NCBI GenBank assembly: GCA_963838925.1
Contig: CAWISW010000001.1
Location: 320,001 to 384,000 of the forward strand
Direction of reading: 5' to 3'
Source of the DNA: an uncultured Nitrososphaerota archaeon
GTDB lineage: Archaea > Thermoproteota > Nitrososphaeria > Nitrososphaerales > Gagatemarchaeaceae
Length of the DNA stretch: 64,000 nt
Below are positions 58,084-64,000 of this stretch, piece after piece. Each line of letters opens with the position of its first letter. Within the stretch, counting starts at the first letter, position 1. Under the pieces are notes generated by a model. The model did not search any database. It had not been told where the DNA came from and was given only the letters and a program-made list of their open reading frames with translations. Position numbers and translations under genes: made by a program.

Positions 58084-59175
58084 ATGGCAACTAACCTTAC
58101 GAAGCTCATCGAAGCGATCAACCGCGTCGGCATCCAGAACGTGTCCTTGCTTTCGCGGATGACCGGGATGCCCACCGAGACGATCCGCTACACGATGAAG
58201 AAGAGGTTCCCGAACATGGGCCTCAACATCAGGACACCGTTGAACCACAGCGCGATGGGGCTCGAGCGCTATTTCGTAAAGCTCAAGCTAACCGAGGCGG
58301 CGGAGGAGTCGCTCTCGTCGATAGTCCAGGGACTCTCTTCGAAGGCCTTCCTCACCTACTGGTGCGAGGCGCCCCTCGAGCGCAAGTACCTTTCCTTCTT
58401 CTCGGTCCCCGTGTCTTTGGTCGACGAGTTCACGGGATTCCTGGACAGGCTCGTAAAGGACGGAGTCCTCGTCGAATACAACCCGGAGCGGCTCGAATGG
58501 TCAAGGCACCCCGAGCTGAAGAGCAGGTATTACGACTTCGCAACGGGAGAGTGGTCCATCAACTGGGACAAGATCAAGAAGGCGGGAGAAGCGCCGCCCG
58601 CGCCAGACTACCCGGACGAGCCATCCGGGTCGCCCGCCATCGACGTCATCGACACGCTCATCATCAAGGAACTCGAGCTAGACTCGTGGCGCAACATCGC
58701 AGAGATCGCGCGCAAGCTGAAGCTGAACGAGAGGACCGTGAGGTGGCACTACAGGAAGCACGTCGTGGACATCGCCCAGTCCAGCTATGTGAACTGGAAG
58801 CCGGTGACCCCGAAGGAATATGGGAAGGCCGTGGGACTGGTCCACGAGTTCAAGGACATCTCGAAGGAGAGACTCGCCAAGGTCAGGGTGGTCTTCAACA
58901 ACTTCCCCTTCCCATGGTTCGAGGGCGGACGAAAGGACGGATACTACCAGGTGCAGTCCGCCATCCCGGGGCAGTACTACATGGAATCCTTGCGCTTCCT
59001 CAATGCGAGCCTGGCCGGCGTGGTGGAAGACTGGAAGGCATGGACCGTCGACGTCGCGTCCACGCTCTGGTACACAGTGCCTTACGAGAACTTCGATGAC
59101 AAGAGGGGCTGGTTCTTTGACAAGGAATCCGCGCTAGAGGCCGTGCTGCCTCAGAAGATGAAAATAAAGCAGTGA
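58084..59175 (+). CDS. Double-HTH Lrp/AsnC-like transcriptional regulator (paralog B)
   Basis: N-terminal HTH (VSLLSRMTGMPTETIRY), second HTH (IDVIDTLIIKEL..DSWRNIAEIARKLKLNERTVRWHY); TAATATATTATA box upstream. Confidence 0.8.
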   Translation: MATNLTKLIEAINRVGIQNVSLLSRMTGMPTETIRYTMKKRFPNMGLNIRTPLNHSAMGLERYFVKLKLTEAAEESLSSIVQGLSSKAFLTYWCEAPLERKYLSFFSVPVSLVDEFTGFLDRLVKDGVLVEYNPERLEWSRHPELKSRYYDFATGEWSINWDKIKKAGEAPPAPDYPDEPSGSPAIDVIDTLIIKELELDSWRNIAEIARKLKLNERTVRWHYRKHVVDIAQSSYVNWKPVTPKEYGKAVGLVHEFKDISKERLAKVRVVFNNFPFPWFEGGRKDGYYQVQSAIPGQYYMESLRFLNASLAGVVEDWKAWTVDVASTLWYTVPYENFDDKRGWFFDKESALEAVLPQKMKIKQ

Positions 59176-59179
59176 GGGC

Positions 59180-59410
59180 CTAGTTAGGCCCCCCAGAACC
59201 GCCAGGGTCTCCGCCCGATATCATGTGGAGGTTAGGCCCGCCAGACCCTCCCGGATCCCCACTGGTGATCACGTGAAGGTTTGGTCCCCCAGACCCTCCG
59301 GGATCTCCGTTGAAGATTCCGTGCACTCCATGCGCCATGAGGGCGAACGCGACGAACGTCACGGCGAACGGAGCGACCTTGATCAGCTTGCTCAGAAGTC
59401 GACTATTCAT
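59180..59410 (-). CDS. Small exported peptide precursor 2 with three GDPGGSGGPN cores
   Basis: Basic N-region plus hydrophobic helix, then 3 x 16-aa unit; stop 4 nt from stop of convergent regulator. Confidence 0.85.
   Translation of the reverse strand: MNSRLLSKLIKVAPFAVTFVAFALMAHGVHGIFNGDPGGSGGPNLHVITSGDPGGSGGPNLHMISGGDPGGSGGPN
59183..59326 (-). repeat. Three 48-nt tandem coding repeats (xHxIxxGDPGGSGGPN)
   Basis: Core codons differ only synonymously between the three units. Confidence 0.9.
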
Positions 59411-59463
59411 TGGACGAATGGCGTGGGGATTACTATTACCGCACTATGCAGGCCCGAGTTACT

Positions 59464-59480
59464 AATCCAGATACTGGATT
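59464..59480. promoter_or_regulatory. Palindrome AATCCAG-ATA-CTGGATT, candidate operator; second AATC-N9-GATT site at 59588-59604
   Basis: Read directly in the divergent intergenic region upstream of peptide 2. Confidence 0.6.
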
Positions 59481-59603
59481 CACTGGCCGCGAATCTACAC
59501 GATTAAGGATGTCCAGTTTTCATGCGATTGGGCAGGTCCGCGGGGTCTGCGTTACCGCATTCATAACCGCTATATACCATTATCATGAATCCGGAAACCA
59601 GAT

Positions 59604-60083
59604 TTGGAGATGCCTGCCGAAAGAGGGACGCGGCCCAGCCACGACGAGCTCGAGGCGATCCTCAGGGAAGGGATTCAGGACGGACTCCGCAGTGTCCTCG
59701 GTCAGAGCGGGCTCCAGATGGTGCTGAAGGAGTGCCCGCTCGAGCTCATCACCGCCGAGCCGGCGCGATTCCACGAGTTCCTGAAGGGCATATTCATGGA
59801 GGGCGGGGCGTTGGTGATTGAGCGAGAGATAGGCAGGAGGCTGCTTCAAAGACTGGGCGACGAGTTCGACCCGGCGCGGCACTCACGACATAGGTGGTTG
59901 GTTGCTGCCACCACAAGGAATAACGGGTCTGCGAGGGTGTCCAAGGAAGAGAGGGAAGTCCTTAGGCGGTTCCTCTCGCCAGAACCGCTTCCCAAGGAAC
60001 GCATCGGCAGGGCGAACGTCGGGGCAGCACCGATCGAGGTCACCGCGGCCAGCTTCGCGCGCGCGTTCAAAAAGGGAACATAG
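59604..60083 (+). CDS. Small cytoplasmic protein resembling NitrOD5/DUF3227-type domain
   Basis: I...L..VLG..G...V...........P..F...L..IF..GA.VIER.I pattern (recalled, not searched). Confidence 0.6.
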   Translation: MEMPAERGTRPSHDELEAILREGIQDGLRSVLGQSGLQMVLKECPLELITAEPARFHEFLKGIFMEGGALVIEREIGRRLLQRLGDEFDPARHSRHRWLVAATTRNNGSARVSKEEREVLRRFLSPEPLPKERIGRANVGAAPIEVTAASFARAFKKGT

Positions 60084-60086
60084 ACA

Positions 60087-60878
60087 GTGCAGCGGTTCGT
60101 CGGCGCCCTCAGCTCTGTAGTCGTAGCCTTGCTGGTGGCCCTTCTGTACGCGTTGAGGCCAGAGCCGTTCATCGCTCTCGCCCTCGTGTTCCCCACGCTG
60201 ACCAGCGTCTTCATCACCGCCCCGTCTCTCGTGGTCGCCTACGTGGCGGCGAGGGCGTACTCGCGGGAGGGGGTGCTCAGCGTGCTCTTCTTGGGCTTGG
60301 GGGCGGTGGTCTTCGGCTCCACCGCCCTTCTCGCTTCTGTGTTCGTCGACACCGAGGGGCGCAACTTCACGGCGACCGTCTTCGCGACGGGCGCCCTGCT
60401 CTCCGCTGCCCTCAGCTTCGCTTGCGCTTACCTGACTTATCTAGGTGGCACGCCCAAGGCGGCCAGCAGCCGTCTTGTCTACGCGTGGGTGCCGCTGACG
60501 GTGTTGGCGATCGTCGCGATCATGGTCGGGGCAGCCACGGGCGCCTTGCCGCCTTTCTACGCCGAGGGCGTGGGGACCACAGCCCTAGATCAGGCGGTGC
60601 TGTTGGCGGCCTCGCTCGCTTTCGTCTGCGCGGCGGCGGCGATATTCGCGGTCTTCTCGTCTTCCAGGTCTGGCGTCCTCTTCTGGTACGCCACGTCCTT
60701 GTGCGCGACGGCCGTTGGGCTGGTTGAAATCGCGTTCTCGAACGGCGACCTCAGCTCAATCACTATGCGGGGCGGCTGGGCGACCTTGTATCTGGGAGGG
60801 GTGTTGTTGGTGACGTCGGTGCTTTCCGCCGAGAGGTTGAACGGGCTGCCTTCGGGGAGGAACGGACGCAAGGCTTGA
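60087..60878 (+). CDS. Integral membrane protein (about 8 TM), stand-alone MASE-like sensor domain
   Basis: Continuous hydrophobic helices; GALPPFY.EG.G.T.L.Q motif; in operon with neighbours. Confidence 0.65.
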   Translation: MQRFVGALSSVVVALLVALLYALRPEPFIALALVFPTLTSVFITAPSLVVAYVAARAYSREGVLSVLFLGLGAVVFGSTALLASVFVDTEGRNFTATVFATGALLSAALSFACAYLTYLGGTPKAASSRLVYAWVPLTVLAIVAIMVGAATGALPPFYAEGVGTTALDQAVLLAASLAFVCAAAAIFAVFSSSRSGVLFWYATSLCATAVGLVEIAFSNGDLSSITMRGGWATLYLGGVLLVTSVLSAERLNGLPSGRNGRKA

Positions 60879-60933
60879 CGCCGGGACCAGGTCTCGATGC
60901 TCCTGGCGCTTCCCGTCAGGGAGACACCAGACC

Positions 60934-62307
60934 TTGACCGACCTCGCAACGACCCTAGGCGTTACCGGCGCCTTCGTCATCGAGGTGGGGGCTGTCCTTC
61001 TTGCGCTCAGGAACGTCCTCGGACAGAAGCTGACCAGGGTCGTCGACACGAAGGCCGTGCTCGTGTTCGCGCACGTCTTCATCCTCGCGATCTTCGCGCT
61101 GGAATACATGAGGTTCTTCCTGTCGTCCTCCGTAGGCTTCATGGACTTCTACACCTTCGGAGTGGTCTCGCTGATCCTCTGGATTGGGATCCTCCTCACG
61201 TCCCTTGCCTACATCGTCTTCTTCCGTCCGAGCGAGCGCAGCTTTGGGCAGAGGGTCGTGGCTCTCGTCACGAGCAGGCTCTTTCCCTTCGGCCTCATGC
61301 TAGTGCTCTTCGTGGCGTACATCCTGGCGGTGGACGGGTTCCTGATAGCCACGAGCCCGTTCTCCTTTGTCACTCTCCGCGACCTGACGGGGCAATCTGG
61401 CACGGTGCCCCTCTTCAACGGGACGCTGAAGGCTCTGGTGCTCTCGCTCTACCTTGTCTTCCTCCTCTTCCCCTCGCTGCAATTCGTGCTTGCGATCCGC
61501 TCGATTTCGGACCCTCAGACGAAGCGGGCCGTCAGCGTGCTGATCTGCGGCTGGGACATTATCGCGCTGGACGGGCTCTTGATCTACGGGTTCCTGCCGT
61601 CCCTCGGCGTCAACGCGTTAGGCCCAGGGCAGCTGATAGCGGGGCTCGTGCTCGGCGTCACCGGGTACTCGATGCGCAAGAGCTCCGTCCTCGAGAAGAT
61701 GTTCGAGCAGGTCGAGGCCAAGTCCCCTCGAACGGAGCCGGTTATTAATGGGGTTCTAGCGAGCGAGCGTCCCGTGTCAAGCTACAAGGGGACGATGCTC
61801 TTCGAGGCCGACCCGTCGGCGAACTACGAGCGAGCGGTGAAGGACTTTGCCCTTGAGATGATCGCTAGCGGGCGACTCGTGTTCGCGTTCACGTCGAGGG
61901 GGAGCCCCGTCTACCTACTGCTCAAGGACATCCCCGGCCTGCGCTTCTTCATCCTCTCTGAGAGTTCCTATCCCAAGCCAAGCGGAGGCTCCCTGGAGGT
62001 GATGGTCCCGCGCAGCGACTACGCCGTACTCCTGAACGTCATGGACGAGACCGTGACGCACAGCCCTGAGAAGCCGAAGGCGATTATCTTCGACAACATC
62101 TCGTCGCTCATCCTCGACGCGGGGTTCCAGGAGTGCTACAAGTTCCTGAGGCAGGTGAACGAGATACTCAGCCACGGCGACGTGGTCTCAATCTTCCTCG
62201 TGCTCTTGAAGGCGCACGACGACAAGACGCTGAACATCGTCAAGAACCTGTACTCGGGACACCTGATATTCGACGCGACCGGACTTCGCGTCCTGAAGCA
62301 GGGCTGA
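60934..62307 (+). CDS. 7TM membrane domain fused to inactive RecA/KaiC-like (DUF835-like) domain
   Basis: About 7 TM N-terminus; C-terminal IIFDNISSLIL..GF...YKFL without Walker A. Confidence 0.7.
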   Translation: MTDLATTLGVTGAFVIEVGAVLLALRNVLGQKLTRVVDTKAVLVFAHVFILAIFALEYMRFFLSSSVGFMDFYTFGVVSLILWIGILLTSLAYIVFFRPSERSFGQRVVALVTSRLFPFGLMLVLFVAYILAVDGFLIATSPFSFVTLRDLTGQSGTVPLFNGTLKALVLSLYLVFLLFPSLQFVLAIRSISDPQTKRAVSVLICGWDIIALDGLLIYGFLPSLGVNALGPGQLIAGLVLGVTGYSMRKSSVLEKMFEQVEAKSPRTEPVINGVLASERPVSSYKGTMLFEADPSANYERAVKDFALEMIASGRLVFAFTSRGSPVYLLLKDIPGLRFFILSESSYPKPSGGSLEVMVPRSDYAVLLNVMDETVTHSPEKPKAIIFDNISSLILDAGFQECYKFLRQVNEILSHGDVVSIFLVLLKAHDDKTLNIVKNLYSGHLIFDATGLRVLKQG

Positions 62308-62332
62308 TGCCTGGCCGTCTTCTGAGCGCGCA

Positions 62333-63124
62333 TTAGGCCCTGGAGAGGCGCGCCTCTTGAGGCACGCTCTCGGTCGCCTTGCCGCCCAAGACAAACCCAA
62401 GCTCGTCGCCTTCGAAGCGGACCTTCTCGACGGTGTAGCTGGTCGCCATCAGGCGGCCGGTGGCCCCCGCGACGACCCCGGTGAGGAAGTGGTCGTGGAT
62501 CCGCGTCTCCGTCGCTGAGATGATGGGCTCCCGCACCTTCACGACGAACCCGTCGGTCGTCCTCCTCATCTCGGTTATCCCCATCCCTGCCGCCCTGAGC
62601 ATCACCTTGAGGTTCTCGACGGACGTCTCGGCGTTCGCCTTGCTCCCCAACTTCTCCTGGATGTGCTTGGCGAACTCCTCGCCGCACGCCACTCCCGCCT
62701 CATGGAGGATCGCGAGGCCTCCCGTACCGTAGGTCAGCACCAGCCTCGAGGCGATGGACAACCAGGCGCTGTCCGTCATTAGGAAGCCGCGGACTTTGTC
62801 GTCTATCATTATCGGGAACAGGAACTCCTCGAAGACCACCCTGTCCTTCCTGACCGCGTTGGCCTCCTGGACGAAGTCCAGGTCCCTCACGGTCTTGAGG
62901 AGCGCATCGATCCCCACCTTGGACTCTCCCATCTCGAGGTATGCCACGATGTCCGCGGTCTTTCCCCTCGTGGCCTGGATGTGCATGGAGAGGATGTCCA
63001 CGTTCTCCTGAGCCAGAAACCCCGTGATCTGGTGCAGGACGCCTATCTTGGACTTTACGTTAAGGTGCAGCTCGTACGCGTCCTTGCTCGGAGGGGAGGT
63101 CAGGTTGAGGATTCTCGGTCTCAA
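62333..63124 (-). CDS. ACT domain plus V4R-like ligand-binding protein; start uncertain
   Basis: N-terminal ACT (KIGVL..IT..LA..NVDIL), then IL.EAG..CG, GMG, HFL.GVVAG. Confidence 0.7.
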   Translation of the reverse strand: MRPRILNLTSPPSKDAYELHLNVKSKIGVLHQITGFLAQENVDILSMHIQATRGKTADIVAYLEMGESKVGIDALLKTVRDLDFVQEANAVRKDRVVFEEFLFPIMIDDKVRGFLMTDSAWLSIASRLVLTYGTGGLAILHEAGVACGEEFAKHIQEKLGSKANAETSVENLKVMLRAAGMGITEMRRTTDGFVVKVREPIISATETRIHDHFLTGVVAGATGRLMATSYTVEKVRFEGDELGFVLGGKATESVPQEARLSRA

Positions 63125-63415
63125 AGCAGGGATTCGGAGGAATGTTCGCCTTGCGCGATAAAAGTATGATGAATCCAGCATACACTTTCTAAATATTTGA
63201 GGTCCAGTTTCGATGTCCCGATGCTGTGGAGTCGAGGGTCTGTCAAGATCGGGCGTGCTCGTATTCGCTACCCCTCTCTGTTGCCATCCGAACCTCGTGA
63301 CAGGCCTTCTCATCGCAGGCCGTCACTAGTTTCAGCGAGCCGGAGGACTCCGTCCGGACGTTCTCCACGGGAACCGAAGGACTGATGAGGAGCCTTTGAA
63401 GAAGAGGGAGAGAAC

Positions 63416-64000
63416 TTGAGGGGAAATCCAGCGGTCCTACCCCCGGTCGCCACGCTCCTGGCTCTGGCGTTGCTTCTCCTGATGGGGTCAACCGGCGCGT
63501 CGGCGGCGCATGCGTTTGAGTTTGGGAACGGAGGGTTCGGAGGGAGCGGAATGCAGGTTCCTCTGACAGCAAGCTACTCCACCATCGGTGGTGGCGGGAG
63601 TCAGGTTGTGGACGCACTGACTTTTGTGAACAACGGCGTACAGCAGACGGTGGCTCTTACCACGACCCCGACGATATACATGGTCGACTCCGGGACCCAA
63701 TGGAGCGCGCAGACCATCCTAAACGGTTCGACCAGCACCGAGAGGTGGATCACCTCGCAGGATGTCGCTGGAACGATAGTTGCGCCATTTGCAGTCGTAT
63801 TCACATACTATCACCAGTACCTCGTGACATTCAACTTCAACGTCACCAACGGTGGGGCTGGGTTCTCCAGCCCATCCGTCAGATTTGTTCAAATGGGCGG
63901 GATTGTCTCCTCACCCGCTCCAGAGGTGGTGTGGGTCGACGCTTCGTCAACCTATTCGTATGACTCGCAACTACCTGGATTCTCTTCGACCGAGAGATGG
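63416..64000 (+). CDS. Secreted/surface repeat protein, paralogous to 52346-55474 (3' truncated by window)
   Basis: Hand-translated open frame from TTG 63416: signal peptide MRGNPAVL...ASAAHA, then VDSGTQWS...STERW...YYHQYLVTF repeats. Confidence 0.85.
   Translation, partial: MRGNPAVLPPVATLLALALLLLMGSTGASAAHAFEFGNGGFGGSGMQVPLTASYSTIGGGGSQVVDALTFVNNGVQQTVALTTTPTIYMVDSGTQWSAQTILNGSTSTERWITSQDVAGTIVAPFAVVFTYYHQYLVTFNFNVTNGGAGFSSPSVRFVQMGGIVSSPAPEVVWVDASSTYSYDSQLPGFSSTERW

Noticed and set aside
59183-59326. 48-nt periodic repeat as a CRISPR mini-array
   Set aside because: Repeats vary at synonymous codon positions, spacers are only 18 nt, the frame is open and no cas genes are present; it is a coding repeat.
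59180-59410. Peptide 2 as a classical RiPP precursor
   Set aside because: No radical SAM, YcaO, LanM, ATP-grasp or peptidase-transporter gene adjacent; not excluded if enzymes act in trans.
59481-59495. Partial match (CACTGGCCG) between the copy-1 candidate guide and the peptide-2 promoter region
   Set aside because: Only 9 contiguous nt then a gap; expected by chance in 64 kb of GC-rich DNA.
63320-63410. CTGATGAG with nearby hairpins as a hammerhead ribozyme, C/D sRNA or fluoride riboswitch
   Set aside because: Could not find the required partner motifs (stem II followed by GAAA, terminal box D, or GGxGATGG) in the right arrangement.

Overview
High-GC archaeal chromosome segment. TFB, an SmAP3-type Sm protein, a TRAM RNA chaperone, CPxCG zinc-finger mini-proteins and a NitrOD5/DUF3227-like protein point to a Nitrososphaerota (Thaumarchaeota) lineage; this placement is inference. 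Housekeeping content: a folate-dependent purine cluster (purL-purF-purN-folD-5FCL-purE-purC-purM, plus purB), an ABC exporter, acs, lsrF-like and sugar dehydrogenases, an xdhC-coxM-coxS module with no large subunit, tfb, mdh-etfB-etfA-fixCX, lysC-hom, trpB2, tandem GT39 glycosyltransferases, nnrD, MFS-MarR, mscL and large repeat surface proteins. Two systems stand out. (1) Two ~1.3 kb elements (28137-29458 and 41364-42703) carry only a catalytically intact tnpB. Each is bounded by 23-bp IS6-like terminal inverted repeats and a perfect 8-bp target-site duplication, which are DDE-type ends rather than IS200/IS605/IS607 ends. Both sit at the same spacing from a TATA-like box. (2) Two paralogous double-HTH Lrp/AsnC-like regulators each lie tail-to-tail with a tiny gene for an exported-looking peptide with a C-terminal Gly-rich motif (one copy repeats its core three times), a candidate archaeal peptide-signalling cassette. 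A third, canonical IS605-type tnpB element is also present. No rRNA, tRNA or CRISPR array was recognised. All calls come from reading the sequence; no database search was run.
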